Positions 1 through 10,485 of a stretch of DNA of 55,698 nucleotides are shown one piece after another (position 1 is the stretch's first letter; every line of letters starts with the position of its first letter). The DNA is from Candidatus Omnitrophota bacterium (lineage in GTDB: Bacteria; Ratteibacteria; UBA8468; B48-G9; JAFGKM01). The notes beneath the pieces were generated by a model. That model was not told the DNA's origin. It ran no database searches and saw only the letters and a program-made list of their open reading frames with translations. The stretch spans positions 1 through 55,698 of the forward strand of contig JAMWCJ010000003.1 of assembly GCA_023818645.1 (NCBI GenBank). The letters run 5' to 3'. Both the position numbers and the translations under genes were made by a program.

Positions 1-557
1 TTTATGACCAGGAGGTAGTAGATGCGTTAAAGAAGGTCTGGTATATATTAGATATGCCGTGTGGTAAAAGACTTGCTCCATACTTAAAAGAGATAGTGCC
101 TGTCTTAGAGAAAAAGGGCGAATTGAAAATAAGTAATGAAGTGAGAGAGAAGTTGATAAAGATAAGTGCCGCCAGTATTGATAGATTATTAAAGGAAGAG
201 CGGAAAAGGAGTTATACCAAATCAGGGAGTTTATTAAAGAAGCAGATACCCATAAAGACATTTGCTGATTGGAATGAAAATAGGCCTGGTTTTATAGAGA
301 TAGACCTTGTTGACCATAGTGGTGGGCTATCCAGAGGAATATATGCTCAGACATTAGATGCTACTGATGTATTTACCGGTTGGACTGAGACTATATGTGT
401 AGAAAATAAATCCCAGATAAAAGAAGTTTATAAAAGTTTAAATCCAGCAGAATTACAGAGGCAGATTATACAACTACAAGAAAAACTGTTTGAGATAGTG
501 AGGAAAAAGAGAGTTTATGAAAAAAGAAGATTGGAAGAAGAAAAAATTTTTGTATAG
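1..557 (+). pseudogene. Internally deleted DDE (rve/integrase-core type) transposase remnant; frame is open to the window edge
   Basis: The frame of the 54..557 ORF is open back to nt 3 (YDQEVVDALKKVWYILD-MPCGKRL...). The N-terminal region is typical of IS481/ISNCY-like transposases, up to the first catalytic Asp region (IEIDLVDHSGG). It then jumps to a C-terminal-like tail (LNPAELQRQIIQLQEKL). At about 185 aa it is far too short for an intact enzyme. Confidence 0.55.
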
Positions 558-731
558 AAAAATTAATGAAGCAACAGGATTGACCATAAGTTTGCCAGCC
601 ACTGGTGCTATTGAAAAAGTTAGTTTTTCTTTCATCCTTTCCTGTATGTCATATCTACCTTCTTGTTAAAATAAAAAACACTCTCTTCTATATTGTATAA
701 ACTGATAGTAGTTTTATAGAACCAAAATAAC

Positions 732-760
732 TTGAAAAAAATTAAATCAGAATGTATAAT
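732..760 (+). promoter_or_regulatory. Sigma-70-type promoter for purE-purC-tsaC
   Basis: TTGAAA (732-737), a 17-nt spacer, then TATAAT (755-760). A GAGAGG Shine-Dalgarno lies about 6 nt before the ATG at 786. Confidence 0.6.
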
Positions 761-785
761 CTAAAAACTGAAATAGAGAGGCAAA

Positions 786-1262
786 ATGAAAATTGTTATA
801 ATTATGGGGTCACTGATAGATATTGAGTGGGCAAAAAAAATAGAAGATAAAATTAAGGAATTTGAAGTTGATGTTGATTTAAGAGTTGCTTCTGCTCATA
901 AGACACCTATCAAAGTTTTAGAAATAATAAAAGAATATGAAAAGGAAGATGTAGTTTTTATAACTGTTGCAGGAAGAAGCAATGCTTTAAGTGGATTTGT
1001 TGATGCTAATACAATAAAACCAGTTATTGCTTGTCCACCATATAATGAGAAGTTTTCTGGATTTGATATTTTTTCAAGTTTAAGGATGCCTTCAGGAGTT
1101 GCCCCTTTAATAGTACTTGAACCAGAGCAAGCAGCAATTGCAGCAATAAAAATTCTTTCTATAAAATATCCTCAATTAAATCTGAAGATTAAAGAGTTCC
1201 AGAAAAAAATGAAACAGGAGATAGAAAAACAGGATAGAGATTTAAAAAATGGGAAGTGTTAA
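786..1262 (+). CDS. purE: Class II PurE (AIR carboxylase type) of purine biosynthesis
   Basis: Motifs SAHKTP, AGRSNALSG, ACPP and SSLRMPSGV match the class II (PAICS/Treponema-type) signatures as I recall them, not class I (SAHRTP, AGGAAHLPG, GVPV, SIVQMP). Confidence 0.85.
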   Translation: MKIVIIMGSLIDIEWAKKIEDKIKEFEVDVDLRVASAHKTPIKVLEIIKEYEKEDVVFITVAGRSNALSGFVDANTIKPVIACPPYNEKFSGFDIFSSLRMPSGVAPLIVLEPEQAAIAAIKILSIKYPQLNLKIKEFQKKMKQEIEKQDRDLKNGKC

Positions 1263-2271
1263 AGACCTTGTTATACTTGAGAAAGCAAAGAAAGGGAAAG
1301 TTGGCGTAGGAAGATTTATTTTTACTGATAGATATTCTGTTTTTGATTGGGGAGAAATGCCAGACCATATACTGGGTAAAGGAAAATCTATATGTATTTC
1401 AACTGCATATTTTTTTGAAGAAATGGAAAAAAATGGGATAAAGACACATTATATTGGACTGGTTGATAAAAAAGGAAATTTGAAAAAACTTAATGAATTA
1501 GAACAGCCAACAGATACACTCCAATTTAGAATGTTAAGAGTTTTAAAACCAAAAATTAAAGGGAATTCTTATGACTATTCAGTTTATAAAAAAGAAAGGG
1601 TTAATTATCTTATTCCACTTGAAATAATTTATAGAAATTATCTTTCAGAAAATTCTTCAATTTTTAAAAGATTGAAAGAAGGGAGTATAACACTAGAAGA
1701 TATAGGTTTAAAAGAATATCCTACTATCGGTCAAATACTTGAAAAACCTATAATTGATATATCAACAAAACTTGAAACTACGGATAGATATTTAAAATGG
1801 GATGAGGCAAAAGAAATTGCAAACCTTACGGATTATGAAATAGAAGAAATAAAGTTAAAAACGTTAAAGATAAATGAAATTATAACAAAGGAAGTAGAAA
1901 AAGTTGGTCTTATAAACGAAGATGGAAAGATTGAATTTGGTTTTGATGAAGACAGAAATTTAATTCTTGTGGATGCAGTTGGAACACTTGATGAATGTAG
2001 ATTTACTTACAATGGGATACCTGTGAGTAAAGAGATAGCAAGGATATACTATAGAAAAACCGACTGGTTTAAAAATCTTGAAGAAGCAAAAAAGAAAGAT
2101 AAAATTAAATGGAGGGAATATGTAAATTTATACCCGCCTAAACTTCCTGAAAAATTATGTGTTTTAATATCAAGTATCTATGAAAGTTATGCAAATGAGA
2201 TTACACAGAGAAAATGGTTTGATGTACCTCCTCTAAAAGAAGTTCTTGCTGAAATTAAAAAATTTATTTAA
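1249..2271 (+). CDS. purC: SAICAR synthetase (long form)
   Basis: N-terminus GSVKDL...GRFIFTDRYSVFDWGEMPD is typical of PurC. It overlaps purE by 14 nt. Confidence 0.85.
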   Translation: MGSVKDLVILEKAKKGKVGVGRFIFTDRYSVFDWGEMPDHILGKGKSICISTAYFFEEMEKNGIKTHYIGLVDKKGNLKKLNELEQPTDTLQFRMLRVLKPKIKGNSYDYSVYKKERVNYLIPLEIIYRNYLSENSSIFKRLKEGSITLEDIGLKEYPTIGQILEKPIIDISTKLETTDRYLKWDEAKEIANLTDYEIEEIKLKTLKINEIITKEVEKVGLINEDGKIEFGFDEDRNLILVDAVGTLDECRFTYNGIPVSKEIARIYYRKTDWFKNLEEAKKKDKIKWREYVNLYPPKLPEKLCVLISSIYESYANEITQRKWFDVPPLKEVLAEIKKFI

Positions 2272-2272
2272 A

Positions 2273-3229
2273 ATGGCACAGATATTAAAATTTTCAGAAG
2301 AGGTAATAGAAAAAGCAGTTAATATTTTAAAAAAAGGTGGAGTTGTTGCTTTTCCTACTGAAACAGTTTACGGTCTTGGTGCAAATGGTTTGAATCCAGA
2401 AGCAGTTATAAAAATATTTGAAATTAAAAATAGACCATTTTTTTATCCATTAATACTTCATATCGGAAGAAAAGAGGATGCAAATAAATTTTGGAAAAAT
2501 ATTGATAGAAGAGGTGAAAAACTTATTGAAAAATTCTGGCCAGGGCCTTTAACAATTATATTACCAAAGTCAGAAATAGTTCCTTATGTTGTTAGTGCTG
2601 GTTTTGAAAATGTTGGAATTAGAATGCCTAAACATTCTGTTGCACTGGAGATCCTTAAAAAAGTTGATTTTCCTGTAGCGGCTCCAAGTGCAAATATTTC
2701 TGGTGGTTTAAGTCCAACAGAAGCAAAACATGTAGAACAGCAGATCGGAGATAAAATTGAATTGATTATTGATGGTGGAAGATGCCCTATTGGTATAGAA
2801 TCAACAGTAATTGATTTAACAACAGAAAAAAATGTTATTTTAAGACCTGGGGGAATAACAAAAGAGGAAATTGAAAAAGTAATTGGAAAGGTTAAAATTA
2901 TTGATAGAACAGATAAAAAATTAGGTCAATTTTCTTTACATTATTCTTTAAAAACTCCATTACAAATTTTGAGAGATTTAAGTGAAGTTAAATCAGGGAT
3001 AAGGGCTGGATTGCTTGCTTTTGGAGAAATTAAAGAAAAAGAAAAATTTGTGAAAATAGAAGTTCTTTCTGAAAAAGGAGATTTGAAAGAAGCAGCAAAT
3101 AAATTTTTTTCCTGTTTATATAATCTTGATAATGCAAATCTTGATATAATTTACGCACAACAAGTTCCTGAAAAAGGGCTTGGAATAGCGATAATGGATA
3201 GATTGAAAAAATTAGCAATAAAAAATTAA
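2273..3229 (+). CDS. tsaC: L-threonylcarbamoyladenylate synthase (YrdC + Sua5 domains)
   Basis: FPTETVYGLGANGLN and AAPSANISGG motifs, plus a C-terminal Sua5 extension. The likely true start is the ATG at 2273, right after the purC stop; the track ORF begins at an upstream TTG (2246). Confidence 0.85.
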   Translation: MAQILKFSEEVIEKAVNILKKGGVVAFPTETVYGLGANGLNPEAVIKIFEIKNRPFFYPLILHIGRKEDANKFWKNIDRRGEKLIEKFWPGPLTIILPKSEIVPYVVSAGFENVGIRMPKHSVALEILKKVDFPVAAPSANISGGLSPTEAKHVEQQIGDKIELIIDGGRCPIGIESTVIDLTTEKNVILRPGGITKEEIEKVIGKVKIIDRTDKKLGQFSLHYSLKTPLQILRDLSEVKSGIRAGLLAFGEIKEKEKFVKIEVLSEKGDLKEAANKFFSCLYNLDNANLDIIYAQQVPEKGLGIAIMDRLKKLAIKN

Positions 3230-3651
3230 GGTCATATTAAAAAATATAGTGGGTTTAAATTCATCTGAAGAAAAGAAAGAACTGGGTGGGAAATATTGCC
3301 AGTTTGAATTTAATTAGAATTAATTATCTTATATTAAAGAAGAGAGAAAGGAAGCATTAAAATGAATGAGAACTTGTGAGAGCGCTAATTTCCTCCTTAC
3401 GAGATAATTTTACTTCTCTGCTTGTAAGTTTGTTTTTTTTCGTCCTTTTCTTTGCACAAGATTTTTTTTAACATCTCAACCATAGTAAAAATATACTGAA
3501 AATCATGATACTCTGCCATGCAAATCAATTTTTGTTCATATCCTTCCTTTTTGATAAGAAAAAGTTAAACACAAATAAATAAAAATGTTAAATTCTTTCC
3601 TCTTTTAGTTAGAAAAGTTAGAATTTAGGAATTTTTTTAAAAAAATGTGGT

Positions 3652-6600
3652 TTAGAATTCAATCTTAATTGTTATAATTTCATAAGGTTTGTAATTTAAT
3701 ATCAGTTGTTTGTTTTTCAAAGTTAATTTTTTCAGATTTTCTTCTTTAACATTACTCATCCATATATTTTTAACATCCCTTTCAAAGATAATAGAGCATT
3801 TACCCTTTTTACCTTCATATTCAACCATCCTTAAGATAAATGTATTATCTTTAATTGATTTTTTAAAACAAGTTGGTATCAATTTCCCTTTTAATTTGAA
3901 GATTTTTTTTGTTTCAATTATCCCTTCAGTAAAAATTGGTGTATTATTATATTCAATAGCCATTTTTGTTATTTCTGTAATATCAGATTTTCCAAAAAAT
4001 AATCTATAAGAATATAAATGTTTTCCACTATCAGGGTCAGCATCTGGTTCATATGGATTCCTTAACAGAGTTAATGATAGATTATTTCCATCTACAGAAT
4101 ATCCATATTTTTCTTTATTAATTAAAACAACCCACCAGTTATTCTCTCTAAATCCAGCCCATCTTAATGAAGGATATTCTCGCGGTATATTTTTCCTTTT
4201 AATTACACCAAATGGTACTTCACAATAAAAATCAGCATTTTGAACATTAAAATTAAAATTCGACTTTATCATTGGAACTCCTATTTCATTATTTCCTTTT
4301 ATATTCCATTCTGTTTCAAATTCAAAGTCAATATATGGGAAGTCCCTGTAAAAGATTGTTCTTTGGATAATTTCTATTCCTTTATATTTTCTTGTAACTT
4401 CAAATAGTGTTTGTATATTTCCTTCTTTAATTTCTATTTTTTCCATATCAACTAAATTTTCAATTTTATAAATATTTCCAATTATCCATGCACTCATTGG
4501 ATGTGGTTTTTCCCAGTAGATTTTTATTAAATTTGCACAACTTTCTGCCCAGAATGAACTTCTATCTTCTGGAATTGAATTTGCTTTTGGTATAACTTCT
4601 TTTTTATTTTTTTTGTCATATATGTCTCTGATAAGACCACAATTTTTATCTATCCAAATGCGATAAAACTCATTCTCCCATCTCTCCTCTTTTTTTATAA
4701 ACCCCTCCCTTTCTATTTTCCCTTTTTTAAAATAAAACGATTTGAAATTATAAGCAGGGACAGAAATGCAATTAAATATCAAATTTTTCTCAGAAATTTC
4801 CGCATCTAATTTTATTCCTTTTTCGTCTTCAATATGTATATCTTTTTCTCCTTTATAGGGTATTTTTAAAGGCAAACTTATTTCCCAACCATTCGGATTA
4901 AAGATAGTTATTCCTTCTTTTCCAGTTTTCATTTTTTCTATGATTTCATTTATGATTATATTCCCTTGTTCTATAACATCTTTTGCAAGTTCATCGGAAT
5001 ATTCATATGATTTATGTATTGCTGAACCATCAAGTATATCGTGAAATTGATTAAAAAGTGTTTTTTTCCATAAATTTTCAATTTTGTCTTCTGGATATAT
5101 GTTTTTTTCAATTGCAAAAATTGAAGAAATTACTTCAAGTTTTAATAGTATATTTTCGCAATTTCTATTATTTTTCTTAATATCTGAATGTGTAGTATAA
5201 CACCCTTCAAAAATAAAATTTAATTCGTCTTTTACAACCGGTAACTTTTTTTTATATTTTTCAATTGATTTAAAATATTTTTCAGTTGTAGAAAACTCAA
5301 GATATGGATAACATGGTTTTTCATTCAATTTTATTTTTCTTTCAATATCCTGTTCAGTTGGTCCTCCTCCATGGTCTCCAACACCATAAACAAACATAAA
5401 CTCCTTTATTTTATATTTTTCGTAATATTCAACAAAAGAAGGAATAATTCTATCACTATCAATATGATTATTATAGATACTATTGAAAACGATTATCTTA
5501 CTTTTATCTGGTCCTTCCCATAAAAATAAAGGATAACCCTTTCCACATCTCATAAAATAATAGTATTTTATTTCTGCATTATTAAGTATTGTGGGTATTG
5601 TATGAGGATGGCCAAATGTATCAGGACACCACATTATTTTTACTTCTTCCCCAAAATTCTCATTTACATATTTTTTTGAATAAATTATATGTCTAACAAT
5701 GCTCTCACCATTAACCATATTCAGGTCATTTTCAACATAAGCATTTGCAGTTATCTCCCAGTTTCTATTTTTAACTTTTTCTTTTATCTTTTCAAAAAGT
5801 TTTTTATCTTTTTCCTGTGCGATTTCATAAACATGGGTCTGGCTCTGAGAAAAGGTTAAGTCCTTATATTTATCCATTAAATTTGTAACTGTTGTGAAAT
5901 CTCTTAAAACAACTGAAACTGTATCTTCATATGTCCATAGCCAGTTCATGTCAATATGAGCATGTCCTATAAGATGTACTTTAAATTTTTTAGCATAAGG
6001 CCTAAATGGTTCAAGTAGATTTTCAATTTCATTAATAAAATTTTTTATTTTTGTCCAATCTCTTTTTAAAATAAGTTCTGGATCAAGTTTTTCAATACTT
6101 TTTTTTAGAATATTTAGAAGTTTTTGTTCCTTTGTTTCTTTTACAATAATTTGAGCGAACTTTAGTTGATATAAAACAGATTTTAACTGAAAAATTAAAT
6201 CATCTATGTTTTTAATTGACAAATAAGACCAGAAAACACCAAGCCCATCTCCCTTTGCTGTTTTAAAAACAAGAAGAAACTTTTCATTTGGTTTAACATT
6301 TTCTGTTAGTAAAATCGGAGTTGCAATTTTATCAGCCCAGAATCTATGTGAATAGAGATTTTTACCATTTAGATAAAAACTAACTCCTGAAGGGAAAACA
6401 AATTTTAGATAAATTTTACTTCCTGTAATTTCTATTCCCTCAATTTCTTCTGGTATTTCTATCCACTTTCTTAAATATGCATCTCCATCTTTTAATGCCC
6501 AATTTATCGGTTGTTTTTTTATTTCCCAAACGCTGTCATCCAATTCAACTTTTTCTCCATCTGAAATATTCTGTCTAAATTTCCATTCATCAAGATACAA

Positions 6601-6663
6601 ATATTTGTTAATTTTTTGTTCTAAATCATTCAAAAATTCTGTCCATTTTAAAAGTAAATCCAT
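3652..6663 (-). CDS. Glycoside hydrolase family 38 alpha-mannosidase, cytosolic type
   Basis: 1003 aa with the GH38 metal site motif HLIGHAHIDMNWLWTYEDT, then WCPDTFGH and GVGDHGGGP. No signal peptide. Confidence 0.85.
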   Translation of the reverse strand: MDLLLKWTEFLNDLEQKINKYLYLDEWKFRQNISDGEKVELDDSVWEIKKQPINWALKDGDAYLRKWIEIPEEIEGIEITGSKIYLKFVFPSGVSFYLNGKNLYSHRFWADKIATPILLTENVKPNEKFLLVFKTAKGDGLGVFWSYLSIKNIDDLIFQLKSVLYQLKFAQIIVKETKEQKLLNILKKSIEKLDPELILKRDWTKIKNFINEIENLLEPFRPYAKKFKVHLIGHAHIDMNWLWTYEDTVSVVLRDFTTVTNLMDKYKDLTFSQSQTHVYEIAQEKDKKLFEKIKEKVKNRNWEITANAYVENDLNMVNGESIVRHIIYSKKYVNENFGEEVKIMWCPDTFGHPHTIPTILNNAEIKYYYFMRCGKGYPLFLWEGPDKSKIIVFNSIYNNHIDSDRIIPSFVEYYEKYKIKEFMFVYGVGDHGGGPTEQDIERKIKLNEKPCYPYLEFSTTEKYFKSIEKYKKKLPVVKDELNFIFEGCYTTHSDIKKNNRNCENILLKLEVISSIFAIEKNIYPEDKIENLWKKTLFNQFHDILDGSAIHKSYEYSDELAKDVIEQGNIIINEIIEKMKTGKEGITIFNPNGWEISLPLKIPYKGEKDIHIEDEKGIKLDAEISEKNLIFNCISVPAYNFKSFYFKKGKIEREGFIKKEERWENEFYRIWIDKNCGLIRDIYDKKNKKEVIPKANSIPEDRSSFWAESCANLIKIYWEKPHPMSAWIIGNIYKIENLVDMEKIEIKEGNIQTLFEVTRKYKGIEIIQRTIFYRDFPYIDFEFETEWNIKGNNEIGVPMIKSNFNFNVQNADFYCEVPFGVIKRKNIPREYPSLRWAGFRENNWWVVLINKEKYGYSVDGNNLSLTLLRNPYEPDADPDSGKHLYSYRLFFGKSDITEITKMAIEYNNTPIFTEGIIETKKIFKLKGKLIPTCFKKSIKDNTFILRMVEYEGKKGKCSIIFERDVKNIWMSNVKEENLKKLTLKNKQLILNYKPYEIITIKIEF

Positions 6664-6740
6664 TTTTTCTCCTTTTTTATTCTTATTATTTTAAATGGTA
6701 TTGAGATAAAATCAAGTTAATTTGTGAATTTTTGGAAAAT

Positions 6741-9317
6741 TTAACTATTCTTTTTGGAAAATTTTAAACTATTATTTTCCGCACCAACAATTATTATATC
6801 TCCTTCTTTAAATTCACCAGAAAGGATTTTTAATGCAAGAGAATTTTCAATTTCTTTTTGGATAACTCGCTTTAATGGCCTTGCTCCAAAGTTTTCATCA
6901 TAACCCTTTTCAGCAAGATAGTTTTTAGCTTTTTCAGTTAATTCTATTTGCATCTTTTTGTCACTCAATCTATTCTGTAAATATGAAATTTGAATATCAA
7001 CAATTTTCAGAATGTGTTCTTTTTTAAGTCGCTTAAAGATAATTATCTCATCAATTCTATTTAAAAATTCTGGTCTGAATTTTGATTTCAGTGCATCCAT
7101 TATTTTCTCTCTTATTAAATTTTCATCTGTGAAAGAAATAATTATTTGACTTCCAATGTTTGAAGTCATAATTATGACGGTATTTTTAAAATCAACAGTT
7201 CTACCTTGGCCATCGGTTAATCTTCCATCATCCAAAATTTGTAAAAGGATATTGAAAATATCGGGATGTGCTTTTTCAATTTCATCAAGTAAGATTACAC
7301 TATATGGCCTTCTTCTAATTCTTTCTGTTAACTGTCCACCTTCTTCATATCCAACATATCCTGGAGGAGCACCGATAAGGCGCGAGACAGTATGTTTTTC
7401 CATATATTCACTCATATCAAGACGAACAAGGGCATTTTCGTCATTAAATAAAAATTCAGCAAGTGTTTTTGCAAGTTCAGTTTTACCTACACCAGTTGGT
7501 CCAAGAAAGATAAAAGAACCTATAGGTCTATTTGGGTCTGAAAGCCCTGCTCTATTTCTTCTAATTGCTTCAGAAACTACTCTTATTGCTTCGTCCTGTC
7601 CAACAACTCTTTTTGCAAGTCGTTGTTCCATATTTATTAATTTTTCAATCTCTCCTTCAAGCATTTTATTAACAGGTATTCCAGTCCATTTTGATACAAT
7701 TTCAGCAATATCTTCTTCAGTAACCTCGTCTTTTAAAAGCCCTCTTCCTTTTTGTACCTCCTTCAACTTTTTTGTTTCTTGTTCAAGTTGTTTATTTAAT
7801 TCAATCAATTTTCCATATTTATACTCTGCTGCTTTATCAAGGTCTCCTTCTCTCTGGGCTTTTTCTATTATATTTCTTGCAATTTCTATCTGTTCCTTTA
7901 TTTTTCTTATTCTTTCAACTATTTCTTTTTCACTTGTCCATTGTGTATATAATTTTTCTCTTTCTACTTTTAGTTCTGAGAGTTCTTTTTCAAGTTTTTC
8001 AAGACGTTCTTTAATTTCTATAGAACTTTCTTTTTTCAATGCCTGTCTTTCAATTTCAAGTTGTGTAATTTTTCTATCAATTTCATCAAGTTCAACTGGC
8101 ATACTATCAATTTCCATTTTTAATTTACTTGCTGCTTCATCAATTAAATCTATTGCTTTATCAGGCAAAAATCTTCCGCTTATATACCTGTTGGACAAAA
8201 TTGCTGCTGCTACGATTGCACTATCGGTTATTTTAACCCCGTGATGGACTTCATATTTTTCTTTCAATCCTCTTAAAATTGAAATTGTCTCTTCAACAGT
8301 TGGCTCTTTTACATATAATGGCTGAAACCTCCTTTCAAGCGCCCTATCTTTTTCTATATATTTTCTATATTCATCAAGGGTTGTAGCACCTATACATCTT
8401 AATGTTCCTCTTGCAAGTTGAGGTTTTAACATATTTGATGCATCAATTGCACCTTCTGCAGCACCTGCTCCAACAAGTGTATGGAGTTCATCTATAAATA
8501 AAATTATCTCCCCTTCTCTTTTTTCTATCTCTTTTAAAATTGTTTTTAATCTTTCTTCAAATTCACCTCTAAACTTTGTGCCTGCAACTAAAGCTCCAAG
8601 ATCAAGAGCAAGTATTCTTTTATTTTTTAAATTTTCAGGGACATCGCCTGAAACAATTCTTCTTGCCAAACCCTCTACTATTGCTGTTTTCCCTACTCCT
8701 GCTTCTCCTATCAGAACAGGATTATTTTTTGTTCTCCTTGATAAAATTTGTATAACTCTTCTTATTTCTTCGTCTCTTCCAATAACAGGGTCAAGTTTTC
8801 CCTTTCTTGCAAGGTCTGTTAAATCTCTTGTAAATTTATCCAAAACTTTATATTTGATTTCTGCTTCTCTATCCGTAATTTTCTCTCCATTCCTCAGATT
8901 CTGGATAATTTTTATTAATCTGTCTCTGGTAATATTATGTTTCAAAAAGATTTGTTTAACTGGAGATTCAACTTCGCTCATAGATATTAAAAGATGTTCT
9001 ACTCCAATATATTCATCCTGGAAGAGTTTTGCATAGTTTTGAGATTTGTATAATAAGTGATTTAATGTAGGACTAATATATAAATTAGTTTTAGAACTGT
9101 AGATTTTTGGAAGATTATCTATCTCTTTTTCAATTTCATTTTTTAAAGTTTCTATATTTACATTCAATTCTTTTAAAATATCAACTATTTCATCATCTTC
9201 AACCATAACATATGCAAGATGAGGAACATCAATTTCATTATTATTTTTTTCTTGCGCCAATGCTTGAGAAGCCATTAATAATTCCTGTGCCTTTATTGTA
9301 AATTTTTCAATATTCAT
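6741..9317 (-). CDS. clpB: ClpB disaggregase (AAA+ chaperone)
   Basis: 858 aa with two Walker A sites ([16 protein letters not shown]), a long coiled-coil M-domain and a Clp N domain. Confidence 0.95.
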   Translation of the reverse strand: MNIEKFTIKAQELLMASQALAQEKNNNEIDVPHLAYVMVEDDEIVDILKELNVNIETLKNEIEKEIDNLPKIYSSKTNLYISPTLNHLLYKSQNYAKLFQDEYIGVEHLLISMSEVESPVKQIFLKHNITRDRLIKIIQNLRNGEKITDREAEIKYKVLDKFTRDLTDLARKGKLDPVIGRDEEIRRVIQILSRRTKNNPVLIGEAGVGKTAIVEGLARRIVSGDVPENLKNKRILALDLGALVAGTKFRGEFEERLKTILKEIEKREGEIILFIDELHTLVGAGAAEGAIDASNMLKPQLARGTLRCIGATTLDEYRKYIEKDRALERRFQPLYVKEPTVEETISILRGLKEKYEVHHGVKITDSAIVAAAILSNRYISGRFLPDKAIDLIDEAASKLKMEIDSMPVELDEIDRKITQLEIERQALKKESSIEIKERLEKLEKELSELKVEREKLYTQWTSEKEIVERIRKIKEQIEIARNIIEKAQREGDLDKAAEYKYGKLIELNKQLEQETKKLKEVQKGRGLLKDEVTEEDIAEIVSKWTGIPVNKMLEGEIEKLINMEQRLAKRVVGQDEAIRVVSEAIRRNRAGLSDPNRPIGSFIFLGPTGVGKTELAKTLAEFLFNDENALVRLDMSEYMEKHTVSRLIGAPPGYVGYEEGGQLTERIRRRPYSVILLDEIEKAHPDIFNILLQILDDGRLTDGQGRTVDFKNTVIIMTSNIGSQIIISFTDENLIREKIMDALKSKFRPEFLNRIDEIIIFKRLKKEHILKIVDIQISYLQNRLSDKKMQIELTEKAKNYLAEKGYDENFGARPLKRVIQKEIENSLALKILSGEFKEGDIIIVGAENNSLKFSKKNS

Positions 9318-9373
9318 TTTACTCCTTTTTGTCTTTTTAATTTAGATAAATTTTTTTTAAAAAAGTTTCAAAT

Positions 9374-9739
9374 CTATTTTTCTACGAATTTACATTTGAT
9401 AGGTCCAAATCTTATTTCGTCATTGTCTTCGAGTTTATATGGTTTCTTTACTTCAAGACGAGCAACATTTACATATGTACCATACTGACTTCCTAAGCCA
9501 GTTGTTCCAATATCTTCAATATACCAACCATCCTGTCTTTTTGTTATTCTTGCATGAATTCTTGAGACTTTCATTAGATTATCAAGATATAACTTTTTTG
9601 TAGTATCAGGTAAATTTTTGAAATAATTATAGTTTGGGATAGAAATATCGTTTGTATTCTGTCTCCCTATATAAATCTTTTCTTTCGTTAACTCATATTC
9701 TTTATCCATAAAAGGATAGTCAAAAACAAGTTTAGCCAT
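9374..9739 (-). CDS. Small FHA-domain protein
   Basis: IGRQNTNDISIP...VSRIHARI...YIEDIG...GTYVN matches the FHA pattern. Confidence 0.7.
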   Translation of the reverse strand: MAKLVFDYPFMDKEYELTKEKIYIGRQNTNDISIPNYNYFKNLPDTTKKLYLDNLMKVSRIHARITKRQDGWYIEDIGTTGLGSQYGTYVNVARLEVKKPYKLEDNDEIRFGPIKCKFVEK

Positions 9740-10484
9740 TTGTTTTTTGAGTTTTTATGGTTTTTAAAATAATATATATTCCACCAATTATGAATATTAT
9801 AACTGCTATAATCTGTGTTGGGTAAAATCCAAGAGATGTCTTTTTAAGGTCCCCTCTTAAAAAATCTACAAAATATCTGATTAATGAAAAACCTATTAAA
9901 TAAGAAGAAAAAATTAATCCTTCGCCCTTTTTAAATTTTTGAGACAATTTTTTTAATAAAAAGAAAAGTATTATATATAAAAATGAATAATAAAGTTGTG
10001 TTGGATGGACTTTCTTTGCAAGAAATGGGAATTTAATACCAAGGAAAAAGTTTGTTTCCTTTCCATAACAACAACCGTTTAAAAAACATCCTATTCTGCC
10101 AATTGCCTGTCCAATAGGTACTGAAACAGAAATTGTATCAAGAAGTTTAATAGTTGAGATGTTTTTAAATTTAGAAAATAAAATTAAAAAGATAAGGGAA
10201 AACAAAATTGCTCCTTCTACTGCAAGACCTCCATTTCTTAATTTAAAAATTTCTAATGGATGAAAGAAATAATAGTTAATATTTACAAAAATATGTAAAA
10301 CTCTTGCTCCAATAATTCCTATAAGAATTGTCCAGAAAATGATCTGTGAAATTAATTTTTCATTATAACCCTCTTTTAAACATTCCTTTTGAAATAAAGA
10401 CACAGAAACAAAAACACCAATGGCAACAAAAACTCCATACCAGTATATAACAAAACTACCAATTTTTATAAATACAGGATGCAT
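9732..10484 (-). CDS. lgt: Prolipoprotein diacylglyceryl transferase
   Basis: Polytopic membrane protein with the WYGVFVAIG N-terminus, GGLAVEGA, GRIGCFLNGCCYG and HPTQLY motifs. Confidence 0.9.
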   Translation of the reverse strand: MHPVFIKIGSFVIYWYGVFVAIGVFVSVSLFQKECLKEGYNEKLISQIIFWTILIGIIGARVLHIFVNINYYFFHPLEIFKLRNGGLAVEGAILFSLIFLILFSKFKNISTIKLLDTISVSVPIGQAIGRIGCFLNGCCYGKETNFFLGIKFPFLAKKVHPTQLYYSFLYIILFFLLKKLSQKFKKGEGLIFSSYLIGFSLIRYFVDFLRGDLKKTSLGFYPTQIIAVIIFIIGGIYIILKTIKTQKTNG

Positions 10485-10485
10485 T

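Noticed and set aside
3030-3218. 62-aa minus-strand ORF inside tsaC/sua5, and similar short antisense ORFs in gyrA (13165..13588), gyrB, alr, purB and polA
   Set aside because: All lie within well-supported genes on the opposite strand and show low-complexity hydrophobic translations.
3370-3520. 46-codon minus-strand ORF (MAEYHDFQYIF...) and an alternative frame ending ..LTSREVKLSRKEEISALTSSHSF
   Set aside because: Both are too short, the SD-like AGGAAGGA is about 20 nt from the ATG, and I recognise no family. They may be gene debris.
7156-8244. 362-aa plus-strand ORF (plus 7772..8014 and 8578..9036) antisense to clpB
   Set aside because: It is Ser/Phe/Ile/Leu-rich low-complexity sequence. 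This is the expected mirror image of the Glu/Lys-rich ClpB coiled-coil coding strand. It has no SD or recognisable motifs, and clpB on the other strand is unambiguous.
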